A DNA stretch of 64,000 nt from positions 4,836,001-4,900,000 of the forward strand of contig JBPQGU010000016.1 in assembly GCA_051362555.1 (NCBI GenBank), read 5' to 3'. A program made the position numbers and the translations under genes. The stretch comes from Lingula anatina. Lineage: Eukaryota > Animalia > Brachiopoda. The notes under the pieces were generated by a model, which was not told the DNA's origin, ran no database searches, and saw only the letters and a program-made list of their open reading frames with translations. The stretch's first letter is position 1. Every line of letters begins with the position of its first letter. Shown one piece after another: positions 10,569 through 23,100 of this stretch.

Positions 10569-12231
10569 TTTATATCAAAGGATCAATTTATTTTAATTAT
10601 GATTTTAATGAGACATTTTCAAACATATCAGAATATGCAGTTCTAAGTTTTGGGTGGAGGAGCAAATTTCATTGTTCCCATTTCAAAAGTGTGTCAAGAT
10701 CTCTTATATTTCCGTTTTAATTTAAAATTGAAGCGTTCGTCTGATGAGAAGGTCGTGAAATTTGAAACAATTTTCTCTAGCAAACCAAAACCCTTAGAAT
10801 ATGGACTTATATTAAATTAAGAAAATTTTATCTGGGAGGATGAACTAATTTATAAATAGATATTAAAAAACCCGTCTCACTATAAAAAATGTAGGACAGA
10901 TTTTTAAAAAAGCAATATCGTAAATTCATACAAATTGTATTTATAAATGTGGGCTGTTGGAAATCCTGTAGATGTATTCTTAAAATGCTCTCAATTATTT
11001 ACAAAATACTGGGCATATTAACAAAACTTTTAATCCTTTCGATTTACGACATCCTCTGTTACTGGAGAAATCATCAATCCCAAACACAATGCTTACAGAT
11101 CAGTTTTAGCAGATTTAATTTGAAAGTGCTCAAACAATAATATCTTTACAATTTTACCCCTAACCCTCTATTATTATTATTATTAATATTTTATCATCAT
11201 TTCATATGGAAGTGAATAAGAAAACAAGGAATGACAAACGTATTTATTCAATTTTAAAACAAAAGATGCATGGATGTGCGTAGGGTTCCAGAGGGTGAAT
11301 GACAGGCTTGGTTGCTAGCAGCCAGGTGCCGTGCAGTTCTCAGTATCTCAGTGGACTTCTGAAATAAGAAGGTAATGTTAACAATATCTGACTTGTCCAT
11401 AGTTCAGGCTCAGATAGCACCCCAAAAAAGCAATCGATTCTATGTTGCCTAACGCCACATTTAAGACCTGAAGTTAGTAATAAAGATATTTCAGATATCT
11501 TGCTTTGAAAAAAAATAAATATTGAAAACACTCCTCTAGTTTGTGTAGGTTATCACTATTTATTTATTTTACCTACTATATAAAGTTGTAATATCTAAAA
11601 TCGCTTTGCATCACGCGTTTGGGAACCATATTTCGCTTTAGAATAAATCATTTCCCTGTGTTTCAACACTGCTTACAAGCATTTTACAGGTACATGTATA
11701 ATAAAATTAACAAACCTACTAAAACTGACTATCGTTCATGGGGCACGCTTGTCTTAGGATCAAAAGCTCGGAACTGTGACAAGTACGGTACCATCATGTA
11801 AATATGTCCGTGATCTTTGTGGTAATATGCCCATTTACTAATTTGCTAAATAATATTTTGAGTGGCATAACAGAAACGACAGGCGACAGCGACAACAAAG
11901 AGTAGTAACATACCCGTAAATACTCGTCGCAAATTTCTTTGCATTTTTCTACTCTCTTTCTATCAACTGACATACGATACTGAAGAAAAAGTGCTACTTA
12001 CGAAACATGCATTTGCTTCTACGCCTCATACGACTGCGTTGCGACTGCACCCGCACGTTGAACATTGCGTCTTCACCTAGCTGTGTCCTACTGCCTACTG
12101 AGCATTCGGAAATACAGCTCGCACTACGATGATCAAGTAATTGTTATGCAAATTACAGACAGGCATGGCTCATTTCAGGCGAGGGACTGTGGTTGAAACT
12201 GTTCACGAATGTTCACGGTCTAATACATGTA

Positions 12232-12505
12232 CATGGCGGATAAAGAGGGGGTGTCAGGGGGGATCCAGACCCCCTCCTCCCTTCGATTTCTGATAAAAAA
12301 ATTACACCCAAAATCTATAGCTGAATAACAGTTATAAACCGTATCAAATGGAGATATTTTCCCTCTAAAACACCCTTTTTCGTGGCCCTCGAGCGTGCCC
12401 CAAACATAACTCCAAAGGGGTGAGGGTCGGTCTTGAACTCCGAGGCCTTGTCAATCTGTAAAAAAAACACCACCACCCTTCCAAAAAATCCTGGATCCGC
12501 CCCAG
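12232..12505 (+). mobile_element. hAT-like MITE
   Basis: Begins (CAT)GGCGGATAAAGAGGGGG and ends ATCCTGGATCCGCCCCAG. ATGTACAT occurs at both 12227-12234 and 12506-12513, a possible 8-bp TSD. The interior is similar to 15910-16126. Confidence 0.65.
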
Positions 12506-13141
12506 ATGTACATGTGGATTTGACTTATTCATTCACACATTAATTGATCAATAAGACCACGGGCGCTAATATACATGTATATTCCATAATACTGTAAAAT
12601 GTATTCATAAATTACTGTTGTACCCGCACCGATACTCCCCCTCGTCGTTATACAATTTTCATACATAACTGTCATTGTAACTCAACGATATTATATTTAA
12701 AATAGGCCATGTAAATTTGAAAAGCTGTAGCTAGGATCGAGGCCTACCAATGAAATCTAAATATTTTCAAGAACTTTTACTGGGCATAAATACGATTTAA
12801 CCCGATTTATCAAAAGCCAATTGCCACCTCTATATCTCGACTTTTCAATAAGAAACTAGGTAGCATCTAAAAGCTTAAAGCTTCAAAAATTTTGAGACCA
12901 TAACAGAGTCAGCCAAGGGCACGTTTCGGTGCCACATTTGATTACGTCATGATGGATATTTACAGGTGAAGGACCAGAATAGTCTGTCGGAAACAATATA
13001 GAAACAAGGAGTCTGTTGTAACTCATTGGTAGAAATAAGAGACTGAATTTGATCTGAGGACCAGGATAGATCCGTAAATGACGCGTGTCCCATTCACTGT
13101 TCCTGAATTCTAAAATCTAGAGTAAAAATATGTACCTGTAC

Positions 13142-14600
13142 TTAAGCATTGTAGCAGGACGTAAACCAATCCACTTCATGAGGACCCCATATCTTATCAA
13201 AATGTGAGAATAATTCTTTAGAAATACCCCAATTGTCAACATCCACACTTCTACTTATATAATCTGCATGGGTATTCTCTTCTCTCAGTATCCTTTCATT
13301 TCTATTGAATAACTCCATTAGAAGAAAAACATCTAAAATAATAGGTTGTAATTTACTCCTCATGCTACTTTTTTCTTTAATGTTTACAACATCTTTGCTA
13401 TCAGAAAACCACTTCAATCTCAAAACACTCAACGTGTTTGCCATGGAGAACAGGACCCTGAAAACAGCTATCAGTTCTCTGTAAGTAGAGCTCTCCGTCG
13501 CTTCGTCAGCTGACCATTCCCCGCAACACACCCTTTTAGGTGTCTCCACACAATATCCTCCAAACCCAGTACTACTAGCATCAGAATAAACTACCTTATT
13601 GCACTGAGGTGAAAACTGTAAAATTCTGATTTACTACACCAAGGTCTAATTTGACTGCATGCTTTCACACACATTTTCTGATTCTAAGAAAAAGCACTTG
13701 AAATAACCATGCTAATATAATTTGTCATTAGTTGCGTTATACTTCCCAACACATGAGACATAGTATAATCCGACCGACATAGCCAGACCTCTGCTCACTT
13801 TCGTGCGAATATAATGTCAGATCTCTTAGCACTTGCTAATCTAATATCAAGAACTTTGATTTCCCCAATACTAATATCTATTTCGATGCCTATAAATGCC
13901 AGACTCTGTACCTACGACCAAATAGTATTCTCATATATTTACATAAAACCTGACTTAGCAATATCATCTTTGATCTCAGCACCCTGATGCTCCAATCTAT
14001 CTATGTTACTGCAGTACCACAGACCGTCATCCAATTACATCGAACCATTCTTTGATTAATTGCCAAGTCAATTTTGAAAAAAATATTAAGTGCTAATGAT
14101 AACCCAAATGGAAGAACTAAGAATCAAAAATAAATCTGCTGATCTTGAATTTTCCATGAAAAACCTCAATAATCCGTATGAGGATAATAGATATCTAGAT
14201 GTTGATTAGCTGAATCAAATTTAATCAACCAACCACACAGATTCATAAACATAAGAGCCGTTCTCAAATGTCCGTAACTACCAGACTGCTTACAGACATG
14301 TTTGTTTACTTCTCGTACATCTAAAATCAATCTATTTTTTTCACTGCTATGCACTGCTTCTGTTTAAGGGTTATCAACAATTGGTTGTTTGCTACACCTT
14401 TTAATCAAAGGCATCTTTTTCAATTCAAGAATAGCTTTTTAACAAAAAACTTATTTTTCAATGGTGAAAGCTGTTATCTTTCCTCATCCCACAGGGTGTT
14501 GCTATAAACGGAAATTTATAACCATTTTTATCAAGTCTAGAATAAAAAATGAATACCCTACTTCTTCCCAAAAACTTAAATTGGTTCTTAACCTACTTTT
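13142..14600 (-). pseudogene. RT, RNase H and start of the methyltransferase-like region (Ngaro/DIRS pol)
   Basis: SEKNRLILDVREVNKHV; WLIKFDSANQHLDIYYPH; LVLPFGLSLA; LDDGL (~14020-14035); YSDASSTGFGGY (~13555-13590); SSTYRELIAV; KWFSDS; ENTHADYISR..WGPHEVDWF. Confidence 0.9.
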
Positions 14601-14779
14601 CACGGGTATGAATTTCTGATTTTGCTCATGTTCATAATTATGCAACTCTTGATTGAAACTAACGCACTCATACATGTACCGGGTACTTATCTATTTTTCA
14701 ATGCTTCCCCCTTCTATCCCATTCCAGATGTTCCCTTATCTCTGGGGTTGGACTCTGGTAGAATAACTTTCCCCTCTGT

Positions 14780-15304
14780 AAGTTGGTCACTCAAGCATGA
14801 AATGGCCCTTTCCTCAACAAGCTAAGCAAAGTCACGACCCGCTGCTGCGATAAAGACTTCTCCGCTGAGAAGTATCGCCCACCACACCTATCGGTCGGTC
14901 TGCTGATATAACCTTATTTTTTAGGCTCCCTTTTTGTTTTCTTTTATTTTCTTTGTAGCTCTCTCGCTCTCAGAATCACAAGCAAGAGGATTAACAGTAT
15001 GTTCCTTAACAGTGTCGAAAGTGTCAGCAATTCTGATAAGTTTGTTTCTCTTGCCAAGACTGTAAGGCACTGTCAGTTTGTTCACCACAATAATCTTATT
15101 TTCAAATACTGTTGAGTCAAATTGCTGGTGATTACCTTCTATTTTCCAAGATAAATATTGTGACTTTCAGTTTTTACCGGCTTCGGCATTAAATGTAGAC
15201 AGTCTCTGGTCGAAATAGTCTTTCGTCTCTTTCTTTTTACTTTCCATTTTTTTCATTACATCAGCCAAGGTAAAGTGTTCGCCTCCACTGGACTCATCAA
15301 CCAT
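14780..15304 (-). pseudogene. Ngaro gag-like ORF1 with a degenerate CCHC zinc knuckle
   Basis: Starts ATG at 15304 (MVDESSGGEHF..); WKIEGNHQQFD; KRNKLIRIADTFDTVKEHTVNPLACDSE; CLAC*GKGHF (~14790-14830). Confidence 0.75.
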
Positions 15305-15535
15305 GTCGTCTACGGAGTCGTAATCATAAGCGTGTTAACAGTACCGTGTCAATCGCCTAAATGACACGAAAACTCCCCTACACCAATCCCGCCCTCTTCT
15401 GGCGTGTCATAACCAGAGAGAAATTAATTTCACTTTAATTCCTCTCGTCAACCGATTGAAATTATATTTCTATTGACTCGCTACATCGAGCTGGACGTGA
15501 CGCAGTTAAGGTGGTACAGGACAAAAGATTTGTGC

Positions 15536-15640
15536 CAGTGGTGGATTTAGGAGGGTCGGTGGGGGCGGGGAGTTTCGACCCCGACTGAATTTTTATAAAT
15601 ATAATATACTTTTTTTAGAAAATCGAACTCCCCTACACTC
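15536..15640 (+). mobile_element. MITE 5' end fragment (CAGTGGTGGATTTAGG)
   Basis: Same terminal motif class as 15910. An orphan 3' end, ATCCTGGATTCGCCCCTG, lies at 17606-17623, but there is no matching TSD. Confidence 0.4.
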
Positions 15641-15909
15641 GATAAAGTCAGGTTTGCTTATTTCTCAAATTCGTTCCAAGGGTTCGTTACTACTCCACTC
15701 GTTTAATTCAATAGATCAGGTGATGGTCGTCGGCGTAACTCTGATTACTGTCTCATAAACAAAGGTGGCTGACCGTGATTCTTACTTCGCGTTAAAGGGT
15801 AGGTACTTTAATATTTATAAAAGTTAAGTTTAAAGCTTAAATGCACAACCTATGACACAAATGCCAGATATGTAATTAACCTGTGTCCACCGAGGTCCAT
15901 TGGTAGTTG

Positions 15910-16126
15910 CAGTGGTGGATTGGGAGGGGGGGGGGGTCAGGGGGTCCTGACCTCCTCCCCTTCAGTTTCTAAAAATAATCACACCGATGGTCCCCTTATG
16001 AAATAAGTATTTTCTCTAGCCGAATCATAGTTCTAAAAAGTACCAAATAGCACCGTTCGCCCTCTAAGATAAGGGTCGGTTTTGCATCCGTGGACCCCCC
16101 TTCAAATAATCCTAGTCCCGCCCCTG
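15910..16126 (+). mobile_element. hAT-like MITE, relative of 12232-12505
   Basis: CAGTGGTGGATTGGGAGGGG...ATCCTAGTCCCGCCCCTG form imperfect TIRs. The flanks GGTAGTTG / GGTTGGTC match at 5 of 8 positions. It shares the internal GGGGTCAGGGGG..GACC..CTCCCCTTC..ACACC block. Confidence 0.65.
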
Positions 16127-18479
16127 GGTTGGTCGCCCTTGTAACCTACAGCAGGTAAGTGATTCTTGCTATTGTCTGTTTTTGATAATCGCCTAAGATA
16201 TCAATCAAGTTGTTGTATTTGTAGCGGCAAAAGGTTTCAATCTAACGCTCTTAATGGCTAAAATTAATCTGCAAACCACGTGCACTTAGTACACCTGGAA
16301 ATTTTAAAAGGTGGCGATTTTATAATGAGCCGCGCAACTTTGCAACTTTTCTATCTCCAAAACTACCAGAGATATGCCCATAATCACTATTGAACTTGAA
16401 TAGGCAGTCATATGCTGACAATCTGTGTTCTTGAAATTGAGCTTTGACCTACTTTTTGCCATGAACTGCACTTCACAAATTTGAATTTAAACTTTTACTT
16501 TTCCTCATGATTTTGTTTTAAATGGTAATTTTCAACAAAACTATTTAGAACTTTTGCTTACTGCATGTAGAGCTTGTCAAGCACAACACTGGAGGTGGTG
16601 TCCCTTTTTTCACTTTTCTATACGAATGAGCTTACTCCAGCTGGTGGTACAATACCCTCAGGCGGTATCACCTCTCTGATCCTCTAGTTTTCATGGTTTT
16701 TCAAATTCATGCTTCATTTGACAAGATAAAGTGGCGTAATAAACAAAGCATTTTGTCCTGTCACACAGGTATGTTATTGCTTTTTAACCTCATTCACGGA
16801 TCGTTGTGGAAATGAAATTAGGGGGTGTGAAAAATACATGGTTACCTAGAAATTCAGTGTTCAGACCAGGCTTTCACTTACTGCCTACCAGCTTGCTGCT
16901 TACTTTTTTCGTTTTTCTTACATTTTAGTTAAACATGTTTCAAACAACAAAAGCTCTAGATATTATAAAGGTTTGACAAACATTTTATTTCGAAACTTGT
17001 ACATGTACCAGTTAAGTTTCCGTTTTGCTGATTATGTGACCATCTCCATAAATAGAATAGGCCTGCATTGGTGCACATGGACGCGGTCGCAAATTACAGT
17101 GGAATGCTTTTTTTTTCGAACAAAATTAATACACATTGCTAAGTTTAACTAGAAAAGCAAATATATAAATGGGCATTCAAGGTGTGTTTACATTATCGCT
17201 AGTAGAGTCCGAATTACTGGTTGCCTATGTGTGGACACAAAACCGCAGTGAGCCATCCTGAAGTATGTATAATTTCTTTATTTAGTATTCTTTACTGAGA
17301 AATGGACCATGTAATGCTAAATGCCATCGAACTCCTTTCGATTTTTTCCTTCAGCTGCCTTCAAATAGTGCCTCTACCCCCTACATCTAAACAGCCATAC
17401 CCGAGTATGTCGTGAGATCATCTTAGATGTAGTCTGACAAGCGACTTTGCGGCATAAATCTTGCATTACTAATCATCATGCATCGTTATTTTATTTGATT
17501 TAATTTTAATGAATATTAATTCAATTAATTTATTCAATGTTAAAAATGAACCGTTCCGTCCACGTAGAAGCGGGGTCAATAAAAACTAACCACCTAGTCT
17601 TCGGAATCCTGGATTCGCCCCTGAGAGCTGTTCGTTATTGATTTCTTAATAACGATCTTGCTGCATACTGGCAATAAACACAATCGGATTTGTTACCATT
17701 TTTAAGGATTTATGATGTTACATTCAAGTTGTAATTTTTTCTGTGCTAGATTTCTATTACAAACAGAACCGTAAAGAAAAAACAGTAATTTAAGCGCATT
17801 ATACTGTAGGTGTTCAGTCAGTGGTTCCTACAATCGCCCAAGGACAGCGTAAATTGTAGAATCTCACATTTCCAGGAGGACAAAGGCGGTAATTTCTCGC
17901 TTAAACAATGTTTTTTTTTTGTTGTTGTTGTTTCAATTTCTTTTACGAATAGAGTGGCCCCTGAAGAAAAGATTATGTCGTCTTTGCTATCTTCTGTTAA
18001 AAACATACTTTTAGTAAAATAATTAATAAACAAATCAAGAAGAAGATGCACATATTGTATACAGTAACCACTGTTGAAGAACGAAGTGAAGTATACAGAT
18101 ATTTCTTAATAATCACAAAGCCGAGCTGCATACATATTTGATCGACTATGTACTTTGTTACTAAGCAGACCAACTTTAGTAATTCCCTTATTTTTCCACA
18201 ATATTTCTAATGAAATGTGTCACTTTTGGGTCCCAAGAGGGTGGTGCACTTTCGGAAAAATAGTATTTCGAGAGTTTTTAGATCAATCATTGTGTTTTGT
18301 TGGTAGCAGTTTTAACCAATTGCAAAGGCTGTGAGAGAGTATCGTTGCAGGAGCTTTAAGATGCGGGTGAGGTCGATGGAGTGTAAGGGGTAGTATAGGC
18401 CTATCGGTGCGAGGGAGTAATGGTGCGGAGGAGTATCAGTGCTGAGACGGAAAGGGATCATTCACAATAATTGTCTAAA

Positions 18480-18760
18480 CATATCAACATCTCATCATTA
18501 AATCCCCAAATTGCATCTTTATAGTACTTCAAAAAGCTCCTCAGGGGTTTGAGGTTGGGGAGGGGGATGGAAAAATATTTTTTTAATTCACAAGAAATAT
18601 TGAAAAAAAAAAAAAACAATTTACCTGTGGATGGCTAGAAAAAACAAAACACACCTTCCTGACATCATTATTTTGATTATTTTAAAAAGACCCAAATTTC
18701 GTCTTTATATTATTTCAAAAAGCTCCCCAGGGGCTTGAGAGTTGGAGCTGGAATTTCATC
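18480..18760 (+). repeat. Old ~186-bp duplicated unit resembling parts of the satellite monomer
   Basis: TTCAAAAAGCTCC(T/C)CAGGGG(T/C)TTGAG occurs at ~18528 and ~18714. AACACACCTTCCTGACA lies at ~18648. Confidence 0.5.
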
Positions 18761-18825
18761 CCGTGGGAGTTCCAAGTCTCACGAAGAAAATGCTAATATG
18801 TTAATATGTGAAAAAATATTTTGAA

Positions 18826-18873
18826 AATAATAATAATAAATAATAATAATGATGATAATTAAATAAATAAATA
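18826..18873. repeat. (AAT)n / (AAAT)n simple repeat
   Basis: Direct reading of the sequence. Confidence 0.85.
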
Positions 18874-20130
18874 ACTCTCAGAAAAAGAATGCAATCAGTT
18901 CAGTTTTCTAACTCAAGCTGTATTTCAGTCCAATTTACCTTTTCTGTAAGATAGAGATCCATGAGTAACATGGTTTTACTTAAATTGTCATCAGTGTTCA
19001 AAATGGGGTTTCTTTAACTTTGACAAAATCAGCCCAGATCATCATGTGAAATGTGATTTATGTGAAATGTGTTCAAAATAAGCATTAAAACCTGTCTTTA
19101 TAGATATTGATGTTTTCTTTTAAAATCTCATTTGAGGCAGGAGTGGGGCATCCAGACAAAGTTGTTCATTTAACTAATATGCTGACAAAATCACATTACC
19201 TCATAAAGACCCAAAATAACAACATTGTGCTTTTAACCCAAAACTTGGGAAATCTGCCAAATTTGCGTAAGCACCCTCAAGTGGAAATAGCAAAAAAAAA
19301 AATAATAATAATAAATAAATAATGATAATAATTAATCAATGAATGTACATTCATTTCTCATTATTGCCAAAAATACAAAATGTGGAAATCTTTTCAGAGT
19401 TTTTGTTCACAAGGAAGTATCAGTTCATAAAAAATGCACACTCAAAGTTAATTAAGCCTTCTCTAATAATTGCAATAGTAGTTTTTCTAATTTCCAAAAA
19501 GAGATTTCAACATGATTTTAATGCATGGACTTATGGCTGTTTTTTCTTTTTAACTTCCAGATTAAAGCTGCTGGTTTGTACTTTCTATACCAAGGGTTTG
19601 AAGACCCACTATGCAAGTACCAGAACCTGCTATAGACAGTTGTCTTGGAGCCTCCAGAACACTTGCAATCCATATCCCTATCATCAAGGGGTCATTTCTT
19701 CGATGACATGCTGCGGCGTGGGGCGAGTACCTTAAAGACTTTGATGCTTTTGGACCTTTAATATATTGTCCATACTGACTTACATCATACTAGTCCTTGG
19801 AAGGCTTGGAATACTTGATTTGACCCTTTGACACCGGTTTGCAAAGCTAAGACCATTTCTGCTTAATTTGACTGATGACTTGTAAAGCACTCTTCAAACT
19901 CTTTGGTGCTCCTGTGCTGTAAGTAACAGTATTCGTTTGATAGCACAGGCAAGGTGTCTCGGGAACAGTAATGGCTGCTGAAATTGCTGGAATAAAAAAG
20001 ACAGACAAACTGAAAACTTTTGTTCTAAGTTTTAAAAAACTGATACGGTAATTATTTTAAAAAAGGACTATGTATATAGGAAAGGCATCATAAAATTCGA
20101 TAAATTAAAGATAAAATAATAATATAGCAG

Positions 20131-23100
20131 GAATCTGTATACATAGTTTTTGCTCTATTTCTTCAATAATGTTGACACCACCACTCTTCCAGCATTTTAT
20201 GCTTACTACAAATGACCAAACACACCAACCTGACACTATAATGAAAAAAAAAATTTTACATCCGTAAATGGCCAAAATTGAAGAAATCTCACATGGCTGG
20301 CACTTATGAAAATCAATCAAAATAAAAAAAATGTCATGAAAATCAATCTATCACACCTATCATTCATAAAAAATGTGGAAATACGCCCGGGTCACTTCAT
20401 CAAGGACCCCAATTCTATCTTTTAAGATGATCCAAAAATAAGCTCCGAGATCAGAATCGGAGAGGGGGGGAGACAGAGTTTTTGCTCTATGTCTTCCTTA
20501 ATGTTGACACCACCACTCTTCCAGCACTTTATTCTTACTACAAATGACCAAACACACCTACCTGACACTATAATGAAGAAAAAAATTTTCATCCCTACCT
20601 GGCCAAAATTGAAGAAATCTCACAGTGCCGGCACTGATCAAAATCACTCAAAATCACCAAAAATCGACCGGTCTCCGATTTTTTCAAAAAGTGCAAAAAA
20701 TCAATCTACCACACCTGTCATTCATAAAAAATGTGGAAACGTGCCCGGGTCACTTCATCAAGGCCCCCAATTCTAGCTTTAAAGATGATCCAAAAATGAG
20801 CTCTGAGAACAGAATCTGAGAGGGGGGGGGGAGACACAGTTTTTGCTCTATTTCTTCCTTAATGTTGACACCACCACTCTTCCAGCACTTTATTCTTACT
20901 ACAAATGACCGAACACACCTACCTGACACTATAACGAAGAAAAAAATTTTTCATCCCTACCTGGCCAAAATTGAAGAAATCTCACAGTGCCGGCACTTAT
21001 CAAAATCACTCAAAATCACCAAAAATCGACCCGTCTCAGATTTTTCCAAAAAGTGACGAAAATCAATCTACCACACCTGTCATTCATAAAAAATGTGGAA
21101 ACGCGCCCGGGTCACTTCATCAAGGCCTCCAATTCTAGCTTTAAAGATGATCCAAAAATGAGCTCTGAGAACAGAATCTGAGAGGGGGGGGGGGGGAGAC
21201 ACAGTTTTTGCTCTATTTCTTCCTTAATGATGACACCACCACTCTTCCAGCACTTTATTCTTACTACAAATGACCGAACACACCTACCTGACACTATAAC
21301 GAAGAAAAAAATTTTTCATCCCTACCTGGCCAAAATTGAAGAAATCTCACAGTGCCGGCACTGATCAAAATCACTCAAAATCACCAAAAATCGACCCGTC
21401 TCAGATTTTTCCAAAAAGTGACGAAAATCAATCTACCACACCTGTCATTCATAAAAAATGTGGAAACGCGCCCGGGTCACTTCATCAAGGCCCCCAATTC
21501 TAGCTTTAAAGATGATCCAAAAATGAGCTCTGAGAACAGAATCTGAGAGGGGGGGGGGGGGGGGAGACACAGTTTTTGCTCTATTTCTTCCTTAATGATG
21601 ACACCACCACTCTTCCAGCACTTTATTCTTACTACAAATGACCGAACACACCTACCTGACACTATAACGAAGAAAAAAATTTTTCATCCCTACCTGGCCA
21701 AAATTGAAGAAATCTCACAGTGCCGGCACTGATCAAAATCACTCAAAATCACCAAAAATCGACCCGTCTCAGATTTTTCCAAAAAGTGACCAAAATCAAT
21801 CTACCACACCTGTCATTCATAAAAAATGTGGAAACGCGCCCGGGTCACTTCATCAAGGCCCCCAATTCTAGCTTTAAAGATGATCCAAAAATGAGCTCTG
21901 AGAACAGAATCTGAGAGGGGGGGGGGGAGACACAGTTTTTGCTCTATTTCTTCATTAATTATGACACCACCACTCTTCCAGCACTTTATTCTTACTACAA
22001 ATGACCGAACACACCTACCTGACACTATAACGAAGAAAAAAATTTTTCATCCCTACCTGGCCAAAATTGAAGAAATCTCACAGTGCCGGCACTGATCAAA
22101 ATCACTCAAAATCACCAAAAATCGACCCGTCTCAGATTTTTCCAAAAAGTGACGAAAATCAATCTACCACACCTGTCATTCATAAAAAATGTGGAAACGC
22201 GCCCGGGTCACTTCATCAAGGCCCCCAATTCTAGCTTTAAAGATGATCCAAAAATGAGCTCTGAGAACAGAATCTGAGAGGGGGGGGGGGAGACACAGTT
22301 TTTGCTCTATTTCTTCCTTAATGATGACACCACCACTCTTCCAGCACTTTATTCTTACTACAAATGACCGAACACACCTACCTGACACTATAACGAAGAA
22401 AAAAATTTTTCATCCCTACCTGGCCAAAATTGAAGAAATCTCACAGTGCCGGCACTGATCAAAATCACTCAAAATCACCAAAAATCGACCCGTCTCAGAT
22501 TTTTCCAAAAAGTGACGAAAATCAATCTACCACACCTGTCATTCATAAAAAATGTGGAAACGCGCCCGGGTCACTTCATCAAGGCCCCCAATTCTAGCTT
22601 TAAAGATGATCCAAAAATGAGCTCTGAGAACAGAATCTGAGAGGGGGGGGGGGAGACACAGTTTTTGCTCTATTTCTTCCTTAATGATGACACCACCACT
22701 CTTCCAGCACTTTATTCTTACTACAAATGACCGAACACACCTACCTGACACTATAACGAAGAAAAAAATTTTTCATCCCTACCTGGCCAAAACTGAAGAA
22801 ATCTCACAGTGCCGGCACTGATCAAAATCACTCAAAATCACCAAAAATCGACCCGTCTCATATTTTTCCAAAAAGTGACCAAAATCAATCTACCACACCT
22901 GTCATTCATAAAAAATGTGGAAACGCGCCCGGGTCACTTCATCAAGGCCCCCAATTCTAGCTTTAAAGATGATCCAAAAATGAGCTCTGAGAACAGAATC
23001 TGAGAGGGGGGGGGGGAGACACAGTTTTTGCTCTATTTCTTCCTTAATGATGACACCACCACTCTTCCAGCACTTTATTCTTACTACAAATGACCGAACA

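Larger units (their letters stand above)
12620..15440 (-). mobile_element. Second decayed Ngaro-type retrotransposon (gag-RT-RNase H-partial MT-YR), internally deleted
   Basis: The minus strand carries gag, RT, RNase H and YR remnants in order. YR fragments FLIEKSRYRGGNWLLINRVKSYLCPVKVL (~12770-12860) and DSYV.EN (~12660). Boundaries are approximate. Confidence 0.85.

Noticed and set aside
15536-17623. A single 2-kb hAT-like element bounded by CAGTGGTGGAT and ATTCGCCCCTG
   Set aside because: The flanks (ATTTGTGC vs AGAGCTGT) give no TSD, so these are more likely unrelated fragments.
18940-19990. Possible decayed exons (minus strand) and the 130-aa plus-strand ORF at 19343
   Set aside because: All three frames of the candidate exon at ~19780-19985 are interrupted, and no motif was recognised.
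20922-20940. CENP-B box-like CTTCGTTATAGTGTCAG on the minus strand
   Set aside because: Only TTCG and the central A match; the essential CGGG is absent.
20983-21020. RSS heptamer CACAGTG in each monomer, plus a nonamer-like GCAAAAACT on the other strand
   Set aside because: The best nonamer at 12- or 23-bp spacing matches only 4-5 of 9 positions. The nonamer-like motif has no heptamer at the right distance, and no RAG/Transib gene is present.
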